DNA of 64,000 nucleotides from Alphaproteobacteria bacterium (GCA_963667785.2 CAXXMU010000006.1:128001-192000), one strand, 5' to 3'; shown: positions 10,327-19,962, counted from the first letter of the stretch. Notes: a model not told the origin generated them from the sequence alone. A program made the numbers and translations.

Positions 10327-11505
10327 ATGTGGAAACTGACATTGGGCGCCGCTGTCGTGGCAGGCATGGCCCTTACCGGCTTTGCCGCGTCCGACGCGCA
10401 CGCAGAGGAAGACGGCGTCTGGTGGCCGGCGCAAGTCGAGATCTACAACCCGTCCTGCACGGACGGCGACCCGGCGTGCTGGACCGATCCCGCCAACCAG
10501 AGTCTCGACATCGTGGACTACGTGCCGCTGATGCCCGATGAGGTGGACGCGAAGCACCACATCTGCGTGTCCTTCCCCCACCTCGTGGATTCCTACTGGG
10601 TCGGCGCGGCCTACGGGATCATCGAGGAAGGCAAGCGCCTCGGCCAGAAGATCTCCCTGATCGAGGCCGGCGGCTACGACAAGCTGGAGAAGCAGCTCGC
10701 CCAGGTCGAGGACTGCATCGCGAACGGCGCGGAGATCCTCGTGCTTTCGGCGATCTCCTCCGAAGGCAACGTCAAGCAGGTCAACGAGCTGCGCGCCAGG
10801 GGCATCCCGGTTGTCGACCTGATCAACGGGATCAACACCGAGGTCGATGCCAAGTCGCTCGAGAGCTACTACAGCATGGGCCGGATCGCCTGTTCCTGGG
10901 TCGCCGAACAGCACCCCGCAGGCAGCGGCAACGTCAAGCTCGCCTGGTTCCCGGGCCCGCCCGGAGCCAGTTGGTCGGTGGCCGGCAACCAGGGCTGCCA
11001 TGACGCGGTCGTCGGCTCCGACGCCGAGATCATCTCGACCAAGTGGGCCCAGACCAGCAAGGAGGCCCAGCTCAGCCTCGTCGAGAACGTGATCCAGGCG
11101 CAGACCATGGGCGACGATGTCGATCTCGACTACATCGTCGGCGTGGCGCCGGCGATCGAGGGCGGCATGGCTGCGCTCCGCGACCTCGGTATCGCGGATC
11201 AGGTCAAGCTCGTCTCCTACTACTACACCCCCGGCATGCATCAGTTCGTCGGCCGCGGCAGCGTCGCCATGGCGCCGACCGACCAGATGATCATCCAGGC
11301 GCGGATCTCCATCGACCAGGCGGTCCGCATCCTCGAGGGCAAGCCGTCTGCCACCGGCGGCCGGCCCGAGTTCAACGACACCGGCCGGATGATCGAGCAT
11401 GTGCAGCCGCTGGCGATCCAGGTGACGCCTGAGAACCACGCGGACTTCGATACCAGCACGACGCTCGCGCCCAAGGGCTGGACGCCCGTGTTCAGCACCG
11501 ACTAG
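10327..11505 (+). CDS. TorT-like periplasmic binding protein of an ABC importer
   Basis: Signal peptide ending AHA; 'ICVSFPHLVDSYW', 'EAGGY', 'FPGPPGASW' as in the TorT family; followed by a CUT2 ATPase and permease. Confidence 0.85.
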   Translation: MWKLTLGAAVVAGMALTGFAASDAHAEEDGVWWPAQVEIYNPSCTDGDPACWTDPANQSLDIVDYVPLMPDEVDAKHHICVSFPHLVDSYWVGAAYGIIEEGKRLGQKISLIEAGGYDKLEKQLAQVEDCIANGAEILVLSAISSEGNVKQVNELRARGIPVVDLINGINTEVDAKSLESYYSMGRIACSWVAEQHPAGSGNVKLAWFPGPPGASWSVAGNQGCHDAVVGSDAEIISTKWAQTSKEAQLSLVENVIQAQTMGDDVDLDYIVGVAPAIEGGMAALRDLGIADQVKLVSYYYTPGMHQFVGRGSVAMAPTDQMIIQARISIDQAVRILEGKPSATGGRPEFNDTGRMIEHVQPLAIQVTPENHADFDTSTTLAPKGWTPVFSTD

Positions 11506-11561
11506 GCGTGATCCGATCGCAACGAGCACGACAAGAACGAGACTGATGGAGGCCCGTACCG

Positions 11562-13139
11562 GTGGCAGAACCATCAGCCGCTGTGCTTGACGACTCCCCG
11601 GAGCCTCTGGGCTCCGGGGACACCCTTCTCAGCTTAACGAATCTCTCGAAGCAGTTTCCAGGCACGCTCGCGCTCGACCGCGTCAATTTCGACGTGCGCT
11701 CGGGCGAGGTGCATGTGCTGTTCGGCGAGAACGGCGCGGGCAAGTCGACGCTGATCCAGATCGTCGCCGGCGTCCACAGACCCTCCGGCGGAACCATCCA
11801 CCTGCGCGGCCAGCCGACCAACATTCACTCGGTGCACCATGCACGCCAGCTCGGCGTGAGCGCCGTGTTTCAGGAATTCTCGCTGGTGCCGCACCTCACG
11901 GTCGAGGAGAACCTGTTCCTCGGCGACGAGCTGACGCGTGGGCCTCTGCTCAACAAGAGGGCGCTGGCCCGCCAGGCGCGCGAGACGCTCGACCGCCTCG
12001 GCTTCCCGCTCAGGCCGCGGGACGAGGTGATGTACCTCTCCCGCGCCGAGCAGCAGATGGTGGAGATCGCCAAGGCCTTCCGCACCCGGCCCACCATCAT
12101 GATCTTCGACGAGCCGACGGCCTCGCTCACCGAGCGCGAGACCGACCGGCTGTTCGGGCTGATCGAGCAGATCAAGGCCGAGGGCATCGGCATCATCTAC
12201 ATCACCCACCGGATGAACGAGATCAAGCGGATCGGCGACCGCATCACCGTGCTGCGGGACGGTGTGCACATCGACACGATCCCCGTCGAGGAGGCCACCG
12301 ACCAGAAGCTCGTCGAGCTGATGACCGGCCGCGTCATCGAGCAGATCTTCCCGGACATCGCGCGCAACCCGGCCGAGACCATGCTGGAGGTCGAGGGCCT
12401 CGTCACCGCCAAGCACTTCGTGAACGACGTCTCGATCAACGTGCGGCGGGGCGAGGTGGTGGGCCTCGCCGGCCTGGTGGGCTCCGGCAAGTCCGACCTC
12501 GGCCGCGCCTGCTTCGGCCTCGAGCGGATCATGGCGGGCAGAATCACCTTCGACGGCAACGTCGTCTACGACCGGGCGAAGCACGTCAACAAGCTCGGCC
12601 CGCGCCGGATGCTCGACCGCGGCCTCTACTACCTGCCGTCCGACCGGCGGCAGGAGGGCCTAGTGATGATGCAGAACGTGCGGGAGAACGTGGCGCTGCC
12701 TTCGCTCGGCCTCGGCAAGTTCTCGAACAGCCTCTTCCTGCGCCGCGCCAACGAGCGCCGGGTCGTGCGCGACATCGCGCAGAAGCTCGACCTGATGCCG
12801 CTCAACATCGAGCGCGATCTCGAGCACTTCTCCGGCGGCAACCAGCAGAAGGTGCTGGTGGGCAAGTCACTGGTGCGCGACGTGAAGCTCTTCGTCTTCG
12901 ACGAGCCGACGGTGGGCGTCGACGTCGGCGCGCGCGTCGCGATCTACGAGTTCATCCGCGACCTCTGCGAGGCCGGTGCCGGCGTGCTCCTGATCTCCTC
13001 GGACCTGCCGGAGATCCTGCACCTCGTGCACCGCACCTACGTGATGTACCGCGGCGAGCTGCGCGCCGAGCTGGATCAGTCCGAAATCTCGGAGGAGACG
13101 GTGCTGCACCACTTCTTCGAGAAGGAGGACGAGGCGTGA
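11562..13139 (+). CDS. Monosaccharide-type ABC ATP-binding protein (RbsA-like, two NBDs)
   Basis: GENGAGKS, 'DEPTASL', second NBD 'FSGGNQQK', 'DEPTVGVDVGA'. Confidence 0.95.
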   Translation: MAEPSAAVLDDSPEPLGSGDTLLSLTNLSKQFPGTLALDRVNFDVRSGEVHVLFGENGAGKSTLIQIVAGVHRPSGGTIHLRGQPTNIHSVHHARQLGVSAVFQEFSLVPHLTVEENLFLGDELTRGPLLNKRALARQARETLDRLGFPLRPRDEVMYLSRAEQQMVEIAKAFRTRPTIMIFDEPTASLTERETDRLFGLIEQIKAEGIGIIYITHRMNEIKRIGDRITVLRDGVHIDTIPVEEATDQKLVELMTGRVIEQIFPDIARNPAETMLEVEGLVTAKHFVNDVSINVRRGEVVGLAGLVGSGKSDLGRACFGLERIMAGRITFDGNVVYDRAKHVNKLGPRRMLDRGLYYLPSDRRQEGLVMMQNVRENVALPSLGLGKFSNSLFLRRANERRVVRDIAQKLDLMPLNIERDLEHFSGGNQQKVLVGKSLVRDVKLFVFDEPTVGVDVGARVAIYEFIRDLCEAGAGVLLISSDLPEILHLVHRTYVMYRGELRAELDQSEISEETVLHHFFEKEDEA

Positions 13140-13155
13140 CCGGGAGGAAGAATTA

Positions 13156-14181
13156 ATGGCCGATACCGCCCAGCAGCGCCGTACGTGGTTGGAGAGAGCG
13201 GAGTATTTCGCGACGCTCATCTTCGTTCGCGCGGGCGTCCTTCCCTGGTTCCTCCTCATCGCGATCATCGTCTTCGCGATCACCACGGACAACTTCTTCA
13301 GCAGCCGCAACCTGATGCAGGTGGCGCGCCAGTCCACCTACCTGATCATGGTCTCCATGGGCCAGATGGTGGTGCTGCTGACCGCAGGCCTCGACCTCTC
13401 GGTGGGCGTCATGTTCGCGCTGGTCTCGGTCATCACGTCGATGACCATGGTCGGCGTGTGGGGCGGCGGCGAAGCCACCACGGCCGCGATCCTCATCGGC
13501 TGCCTCGCGGGCTTCGGCGCCGGCACCGGCATCGGCGTGGTCAACGGCATCGGCGTCGCGGTCTTCCGGGTGCCGCCCTTCATGATGACGCTGGCCATGT
13601 CGTCCATCGTCTTCGGCATCGCGCTGATGATCACCGGCGGCACGCCGATCTACGGCATGCCGGACAACTTCGCCAACATCCTGGGCTACGGCAAGGGGCT
13701 CGGCGTCCCGATCCCGATCTGGATCACCATCGGGTTCATCATCCTGATGTACGTGTTCCTCAACTGGACCCGGATGGGTCGCTATCTCTACGCGCTCGGC
13801 GGCAATCTCAAGGCCTCGCAGCTCTCGGGCATCAGCACGCGCTTCTATCTCTTCATGGCCTACGTCGTGACCGCCGGCATCACGACCATCGGCGCCATCA
13901 TGCTGACGGCCCGCCTGGAGAGCGGCGAGGGCAACATCGGCAAGGAGTATCCGCTGCTCTCGATCGCGGCCTGCGTGATCGGCGGTGTCAGCCTCTTCGG
14001 CGGCACCGGGCGGCTGCCGAACGTGGTGCTCGGCGCCATCTTCATCATCCTGGTGCAGAACGGCATGAACCTGCTGCGCATCAGCTCCTACATGCAGCTG
14101 GTGGTGATCGGCATCCTGCTCATCCTCGCGGTGATCGCCGACAACTACCGCCAGAAGCTGCTCCTCATGCTCAGGGATTAG
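13156..14181 (+). CDS. Monosaccharide-type ABC permease (RbsC-like)
   Basis: 'GLDLSVG', 'GRYLYALGGN', 'IAACVIGGVSLFGG'. Confidence 0.93.
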   Translation: MADTAQQRRTWLERAEYFATLIFVRAGVLPWFLLIAIIVFAITTDNFFSSRNLMQVARQSTYLIMVSMGQMVVLLTAGLDLSVGVMFALVSVITSMTMVGVWGGGEATTAAILIGCLAGFGAGTGIGVVNGIGVAVFRVPPFMMTLAMSSIVFGIALMITGGTPIYGMPDNFANILGYGKGLGVPIPIWITIGFIILMYVFLNWTRMGRYLYALGGNLKASQLSGISTRFYLFMAYVVTAGITTIGAIMLTARLESGEGNIGKEYPLLSIAACVIGGVSLFGGTGRLPNVVLGAIFIILVQNGMNLLRISSYMQLVVIGILLILAVIADNYRQKLLLMLRD

Positions 14182-14183
14182 CG

Positions 14184-15296
14184 ATGGCGGCGAACGGTCA
14201 GCCGCCCGTCATCTCAGGCGATTCCCACGTCATCGAGCCGGCGGACCTCTGGTCGAAGCCGCTCGGCGCGCGCTACGGCGACGCGGTGCCGCGCATGGTG
14301 TCGGAGCATGCGGGCATCGAGGCCGATCACTTCTTCACCGGCCTCGAATACGTCCGCGTGGACGAGATCGTCGAGGGCGACGAGGAGCTGCAGCGGAAGC
14401 TGGTCGGCTCCGGCACCGACCCTGCCATCCGCCTCGTCTGCATGGACGAGGACGGCGTCCTCGGCGAGATCGTGAACTCCACCTGGATGCTCTACGCGAT
14501 GCGCGCGCGGGACGATCGGCTGGTCGAGGATCTCTGCCGCGTCTTCAACGACTGGCTCGCCGAATATTGCAGCCACGCGCCGAAGCGCCTCTACGGCACC
14601 TCGATGATCCACATGGCGGACATCGACTGGGCCTGCAACGAGCTGGAGCGGACGGCGAAGCTCGGGCTGAAGAGCGTCATCATCAACTGCGACGCGCGCC
14701 CCGAATGGCCGCCGTTTCAGGACAAGCACTACGATCCCTTCTGGGCCCGGGCGCAGGAGCTGGACCAGCCGGTGACGCTCCACATCATCACCGGCAACGA
14801 GGTCGACCCCTTCACCCTGCACGGCCACGAGCGCATCAACATGGCGCGCAGCACGCTCAACGTGCTGGCGGAGGCCGGGCCCGTGCTCGCCAACGAGTTC
14901 ATCTTCGGCGGCGTGCTCGACCGCTTCGAGAACCTGAAGCTGGTGCTGTCCGAATACGAGGTCTGCTGGCTGCCCTACTGGCTCTTCCGCGCCAAGCAGA
15001 TTCAGGACGACTTCGGTCCGGCGCTGGACATCCCCAAGATCAAGCGGCCGGTGCAGGAGTATCTCGGCCAGATCTATCACGGGCTGATCGACGATCCCTA
15101 TCTCGACAAGGTGCTGGACGTGATCGACCCGAAGACCATCATGTGGGGCTCGGACTTCCCCCACGCGCGCTGCACCTATCCCAACACGATGGACGTGATC
15201 GACCGCGTGTTCGGCCATCTGGACGAAGACACGCGCCGCGACATCACCTTCAACAACTGCGCGCGCTTCTACAATTTCGACCTGCCGGCGCGCTGA
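14184..15296 (+). CDS. Amidohydrolase_2 family protein
   Basis: 'ISGDSHVIEP', 'VTLHI', 'MWGSDFPH', 'NCARFY'. ATG is 2 nt after the permease stop. Confidence 0.9.
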   Translation: MAANGQPPVISGDSHVIEPADLWSKPLGARYGDAVPRMVSEHAGIEADHFFTGLEYVRVDEIVEGDEELQRKLVGSGTDPAIRLVCMDEDGVLGEIVNSTWMLYAMRARDDRLVEDLCRVFNDWLAEYCSHAPKRLYGTSMIHMADIDWACNELERTAKLGLKSVIINCDARPEWPPFQDKHYDPFWARAQELDQPVTLHIITGNEVDPFTLHGHERINMARSTLNVLAEAGPVLANEFIFGGVLDRFENLKLVLSEYEVCWLPYWLFRAKQIQDDFGPALDIPKIKRPVQEYLGQIYHGLIDDPYLDKVLDVIDPKTIMWGSDFPHARCTYPNTMDVIDRVFGHLDEDTRRDITFNNCARFYNFDLPAR

Positions 15297-15313
15297 GCGC
15301 CGCCGGCCTTCCT

Positions 15314-16123
15314 TCAGCGCCAGCCCCTCATCTCGAGCAACGCAGCGAACGCGTCCATTCCGCGCGCCCGCGCGGGCTCGACCCGCTCCACCTCTCCGCC
15401 CGTCACGGTGAAGAACGAGAGCTCCCGGTAGATGCAGCCGGACGGGCAGTCGCCCCACGCCCTGCGGAACACGACGTACCAGGTGCCGCCCGACCTCGTG
15501 ACCTCGATATCGGAGTCGTCGCCGATGTAGTAGTTGGGCTCGGCGTAGTCCACGCCGTCCATCGCCTCGTACGCCCGCAGCGCCGCGGGCATGTTCGCCC
15601 GCTCGCCCAGGGAGAGGACGACGCTGCCCGAACGCGAGAGCACCATCACGGCACGCAGGCCGAGCGTCTCGTTGAGGGCATCGAATGCCGCCTGCCCGGT
15701 GCGCGGCAGGGCAGACGCCTCGCCATCGCGCCAGAGACCGACGACGCGCTCGCGCAGCGCGCCCTCCAGTTGGAGGATGAGCTCGCGCGAGTGCCGGTCC
15801 CGGGCGAAAACCCCGGCCATCGCCGGGTCGCGCTCGCGGATGAGCGCCAGCGCCCGCCCGATCTCGTGGCCGAGCGCCCGCTGCCGCGCGCCGTCCAGCA
15901 GCAGGTCGTCGCTCTCCCTCTCCAGGATGCGATCGGCAAGCAGGCGCGCCTCCGCAGCGGCCGATCCTCGAGCGACCGCGTCATCGGCGGCCGGCACGTC
16001 GACGGCCGGCAGGAGGGCCGGGGCCGCGCAGCCGGCCAGGGCAAGGGCAGAGAGCGCCGCGAATGCGACCCCCGCCGGCCCGAGCGGGCCCCCGGCCCAC
16101 CGTCTCCCGCGATGCATCGGCAT
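15314..16123 (-). CDS. Hypothetical lipoprotein with a C-terminal GDCPSGC motif
   Basis: Hydrophobic stretch plus lipobox LAGC; 'AWGDCPSGCIY'. Start uncertain. Confidence 0.65.
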   Translation of the reverse strand: MPMHRGRRWAGGPLGPAGVAFAALSALALAGCAAPALLPAVDVPAADDAVARGSAAAEARLLADRILERESDDLLLDGARQRALGHEIGRALALIRERDPAMAGVFARDRHSRELILQLEGALRERVVGLWRDGEASALPRTGQAAFDALNETLGLRAVMVLSRSGSVVLSLGERANMPAALRAYEAMDGVDYAEPNYYIGDDSDIEVTRSGGTWYVVFRRAWGDCPSGCIYRELSFFTVTGGEVERVEPARARGMDAFAALLEMRGWR

Positions 16124-16344
16124 GGTCGCTCGCCCCCGTTGCCGGAACGGACGATCCCATCCGAATGGGGCGGAAGCGTGGCGCCGCACCGCCGCGCCGC
16201 CAGCGCGCGCCTCGACGGAATCGGCCGGGCGGCTCATAATCGCGCCGTCATGAGTCCCGCCCGTGCCCTCCCGTCATCCCGGCCGCCAGACCGCGCGCAC
16301 CCGGCCGCCCGTGCTTGATCGTATGACTTCGTGACGGCGCTCCG

Positions 16345-17217
16345 ATGCTAGGCAGCGCCGCCGCCTGGGGCGCCGGCTGCGCGATTTCGTGGGGCCTTTC
16401 GGATTTCGCTGCGCGCTTCGCCGGCCGCTCGGTGGGTCCGCTGGCGGCGACCTTCGCGATGATGACGATCGGCGCGGCGCTGATCGCGGCGGTGATGGCG
16501 GCGACGGGCCAGCCCTTCGACTGGCGCCTCGAGGGCTTTCACTGGCTCATCGGCATCGGCGCCGGCACCGCGCTCGGCTCGATCCTCTTCTTCCATGCCA
16601 TCACCCACGGGCCGCTCTCGCTGGCCTCTCCCGTGGTGGCCTGCTACCCGGCGATCGCGGTGCCCATCTCCGTCGCCCTCGGCGCCCGTCCCGACCCGCT
16701 CCACTGGGGGGCGATGGTGGCCACCATGGGCGGGGTGTGGCTGGTGGCGCGGTCGGTCCCTGCAGGCGAAACCACGGCGCCGGAATATGCGCCCGCCGTG
16801 ATGCGGCGCACGATCGTCTATTCGTTCATAGCGGCGGCGACCTTCGCCGCCTCGCTCACTGCCGCCGACCGCGCCATCGAGATCTACGGCCCCTGGCAGA
16901 CCGTCCTCGTGGTGCGGCTCTTCGGTGCCGTCGTGCTGCTCGCGGCGCTGGTCGCGCGCCGGGCGCCGGTGCGCTTTCCGGTGCGGGCGTGGCCGATTCT
17001 GGCGGCCTTCGGCTTCTTCGACACGGCCGGCCACCTGCTGCTCTACACCGGCCTCGGCCTCCCCAACGGCGAGTACGCCATCGTCGCGAGCGTCGGCTAC
17101 ACGGTGGTGACGGTGGTGCTGGCGCGCACCTTCCTGCGCGAGCCCGTCTCGCCGTTTCAATGGGGCGGCATCGGGCTGGTGGTCGGCGGAGTCGGGATTC
17201 TCGCGGCCTTCGGGTAG
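16345..17217 (+). CDS. DMT/EamA family transporter
   Basis: About 10 TM helices; 'SWGLSDF', 'GPLSLASPV', 'FLREPVS'. Confidence 0.88.
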   Translation: MLGSAAAWGAGCAISWGLSDFAARFAGRSVGPLAATFAMMTIGAALIAAVMAATGQPFDWRLEGFHWLIGIGAGTALGSILFFHAITHGPLSLASPVVACYPAIAVPISVALGARPDPLHWGAMVATMGGVWLVARSVPAGETTAPEYAPAVMRRTIVYSFIAAATFAASLTAADRAIEIYGPWQTVLVVRLFGAVVLLAALVARRAPVRFPVRAWPILAAFGFFDTAGHLLLYTGLGLPNGEYAIVASVGYTVVTVVLARTFLREPVSPFQWGGIGLVVGGVGILAAFG

Positions 17218-17224
17218 AGGCGGT

Positions 17225-18022
17225 TCAGGTCGGGCCGAGCGCATCGCGCAGGAAGGCCACGAGCGGCTCGTTGACGGTGGCCGGCGCCTCCGCAAGCGCC
17301 ATGTGCCTGAGACCGGGCAGGATCACGAGGCGGGCGCCTGGGATGAGGCCGGCCATGGCGCGCGCCATGGCGGGCGTGTTGCCCGGATCGTCGGCGCCCG
17401 TCATCACCAGCGTCGGGCAGGCGATGCGCTCCAGCCCCCGGACGATCCCGGCGTCGCCCTCGGCGAGCACCCGGTAGATCTGCGCGTAGCAGGCCGGATC
17501 GTTGCCGGCGATCCAGCCGCGCACGAGCGCGACCGCCTCCGGCGCCCCGGCCCGGAATGCCGGCGTGAACCAGCGCTCGAGGGCGGGGTCCACGTTCGAC
17601 GCCGGCCCGTGCTCTGCCGCTTCGCGCACGCGCCGGCGGACCGCATCGCGCTCGGCAGGGCTGCGGTCGTGCGGCGAGTGCAGGATCGCGAGCGCCGACA
17701 AACGGTCGGGATGGTCCAGCGCGAAGCGGCGCGCGATCATGCCGCCGAGCGAGAACCCCGCGACCGCCGCGCGCTCGATGCCGCATTCGTCCATCAGCCC
17801 GCGCAACTGCCGCGCGAACATGGCGAGGTCGGGCGTTGCCGCCGGCGGCGCGCTCTCTCCATGCCCCAGGAGGTCGTAGGTAAGCACGCTGAAACGGGGC
17901 GCGAGCGCCGGGAGCTGCCAGCGCCACATCGCGCGGTTCAGCCCGAAGCCGTGAACGAGCACGACGGGTGGGCCGCTGCCGTGCCGCTCCCAGGCCGTCC
18001 CGCCCGCATCGCCCGGAGTCAT
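17225..18022 (-). CDS. Alpha/beta fold hydrolase
   Basis: 'LVHGFG', 'DLLGHGES', nucleophile elbow GFSLGG, 'LRHM'. Confidence 0.9.
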   Translation of the reverse strand: MTPGDAGGTAWERHGSGPPVVLVHGFGLNRAMWRWQLPALAPRFSVLTYDLLGHGESAPPAATPDLAMFARQLRGLMDECGIERAAVAGFSLGGMIARRFALDHPDRLSALAILHSPHDRSPAERDAVRRRVREAAEHGPASNVDPALERWFTPAFRAGAPEAVALVRGWIAGNDPACYAQIYRVLAEGDAGIVRGLERIACPTLVMTGADDPGNTPAMARAMAGLIPGARLVILPGLRHMALAEAPATVNEPLVAFLRDALGPT

Positions 18023-18068
18023 CGCGCCCGACCGGGGCGGGCGGTTGCGCGGCCGCTCGTGCGCGCCG

Positions 18069-19106
18069 TCACGCGAACGCCGGCATCACCTCGTCGACGA
18101 ACAGCGCGAGCGAACGCTTCTGCTCCTTCATCCCCAGCCCCAGGCTCGCGTAGTAGGTAAAGTGGTCGATGCCGAGCGCCTCGTAGGCCCTGAGCTTCGC
18201 GATCACCTCGTCCGGGGTGCCGAACATCAGGTTCTCGTGGAGCATCTGCGGATTGTACTCGTCCCGGTTCGCGAGCTCGGTGAGCGCGATGGTGCGGGGG
18301 AAACCGTCGGCGACGTCGCCGAGGTTCTTGAAGAGGTTCTCGAACTGGCCGAACTGGCGCATCGCGGCTCTCACCGGCACCTCCCAGTCCGCCGCGCGGT
18401 CGTAGACGACCGTGTGGCGCATGGTGGCGAACGTCGGCCGCTTCTTGCCGGGATTGTCCGCGAGCGCGGCTTCCATGCGGCCCCTGTAGGCCTCGACCTC
18501 CGACATCGGGCGGGTGAGCGGCCAGGAGAGGATGTTGCATTCGTGCTTCACCGCGAAGTCGTAGGTGTCCGGCGAGCGCGCGGCGATCCAGATGGGCGGA
18601 TGGGGCTTCTGCAGCGGCTTCGGCACCGAGGTCGCGGCAGGGAAGGACCAGAACTCGCCCTCGTGCGCGTAGTCGCCCTGCCAGAGCGCCTTCACAGCCG
18701 GCAGCATCTCGAACATGTACTGGAATGCGTCGTTGCGCTGCAGGCCGGGATGCATGCGGTCGAACTCGCGCTGGTAGGCGCCGGAACCGATGCCGAACTC
18801 GAGGCGCCCGCGGCTGTAGAGATCCAGCAGCGCCGCCTCCCCCGCCGCCTTGATCGGATGCCAGTAGGCCGCCACGACCACCGCCGAGCCGAGCCGGATG
18901 CGGGAGGTGTGCGCGGCCCACCAGGTGAGGATCTGGAACGGGTTGGGCGCGATGGTCATTTCCAGCGCGTGGTGCTCGGCAGCCCAGGCGATGGCGAACC
19001 CGCCCTCGTCGGCCATCTGCACCATCTCCAGGGTGTGGCGCTCGACCTCGGTCATGTCCAGGTCGGGCGCAAGCCGTTCCATGTTGATGGCGAGCTGAAA
19101 CTTCAT
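18069..19106 (-). CDS. LLM-class flavin-dependent monooxygenase (TgnB-like)
   Basis: Starts MKFQLAINMER; 'WAAEHHALEMTIAPNPF', 'GRLEFGIGSGAYQREF', 'PKPLQKPHPPIW'. Confidence 0.9.
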   Translation of the reverse strand: MKFQLAINMERLAPDLDMTEVERHTLEMVQMADEGGFAIAWAAEHHALEMTIAPNPFQILTWWAAHTSRIRLGSAVVVAAYWHPIKAAGEAALLDLYSRGRLEFGIGSGAYQREFDRMHPGLQRNDAFQYMFEMLPAVKALWQGDYAHEGEFWSFPAATSVPKPLQKPHPPIWIAARSPDTYDFAVKHECNILSWPLTRPMSEVEAYRGRMEAALADNPGKKRPTFATMRHTVVYDRAADWEVPVRAAMRQFGQFENLFKNLGDVADGFPRTIALTELANRDEYNPQMLHENLMFGTPDEVIAKLRAYEALGIDHFTYYASLGLGMKEQKRSLALFVDEVMPAFA

Positions 19107-19255
19107 CGCGCTCTGTCTCCCGCGAGGGTCAATGGGTGTATCGCTCGTCCATGGATAGCGGATTTCCGCGCCGTTGTCGCCAGGGCCACGGCCCAGAGCG
19201 CGGCCAGGGTACGCCGCCCGCCGCAACGGCTCATCGCTGCGGCGCGGCCGCACTA

Positions 19256-19320
19256 ACTAAGAATGAGTTGCATTGACTAAATCGCCCGCCTATAACTTCG
19301 CAGTGCGTGTCATTCGCATT
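19256..19320 (+). promoter_or_regulatory. Promoter TTGCAT-N17-TATAAC flanked by two Fur-type iron boxes
   Basis: ACTAAGAATGAGTTGCATT (19256-19274) and AGTGCGTGTCATTCGCATT (19302-19320) resemble the alphaproteobacterial AATGCGA-N5-TCGCATT Fur box. -35 at 19268-19273 and -10 at 19291-19296. AT-rich island in GC-rich DNA. Confidence 0.7.
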
Positions 19321-19362
19321 TAGACGCCGCGACCGCGTGGAAAGACGACGATGGAGGACCAC

Positions 19363-19962
19363 ATGACCCACGGCGTGACGCAGCAGACCGCGCCGGCATC
19401 GTTGCCGCGCCGCGCGACAGGCCCGGGCATGACGATTCCGAGGCTCACCTTCCCCGAGCAGCTCGTCCTCTGGTCCGCGCGCCGGCTTGCCACCGCTGGC
19501 CACGAATCGGTCGAGGTCGCCGGCGAGGCCCCGGCCTGCCGGCAGTCGATGCGCGCACGTGTCGCCGCCGAGCTTGGCGTCGCCCTCGGTCCGACCGGTG
19601 AGCCGGCGGCCGGCCGCGAGGCCGCCGAGACCCTGGAGCGGACGCTCGATATCTTCGCCTTGGCCGGTGAGCGCGGCCTTCGCCTGAACCCGCTCTGCTG
19701 CCGCTTCGTCAGCAATGACGAACGGCTCTTCCTGTCGTTCCTCGCCGCCTGCCAGGAGGGGGACTACAGGCACGCCTGCGCGCTGCTCTCCTGGTTCCTG
19801 CCGCCGGCGGCGATCCGCGCCGCAGCGACGGAGGGCGCGGCGTTCGCGGCGGCGCTGCAGGCCGCCGGCTACCTGCTGCCGCAGCGCTTCCGGCTCGCAT
19901 CGTGCACGGGCTTCCCCCGGGCGACGCCCGTGCATGCAACCGCCCCGCGGAGGCTGCACTAG
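19363..19962 (+). CDS. Hypothetical protein with a Cys-Cys motif, probably iron-regulated
   Basis: GGAGG RBS before ATG 19363; 'LNPLCCRFVSNDERLFL'; directly downstream of the Fur-like boxes. Confidence 0.7.
   Translation: MTHGVTQQTAPASLPRRATGPGMTIPRLTFPEQLVLWSARRLATAGHESVEVAGEAPACRQSMRARVAAELGVALGPTGEPAAGREAAETLERTLDIFALAGERGLRLNPLCCRFVSNDERLFLSFLAACQEGDYRHACALLSWFLPPAAIRAAATEGAAFAAALQAAGYLLPQRFRLASCTGFPRATPVHATAPRRLH

Noticed and set aside
10327-11505. TMAO respiration (tor) regulatory system
   Set aside because: No torS, torR or torCAD; the context is an ABC importer.
13185-15296. 703-aa ORF
   Set aside because: Shadow extension over the permease; the amidohydrolase starts at 14184.
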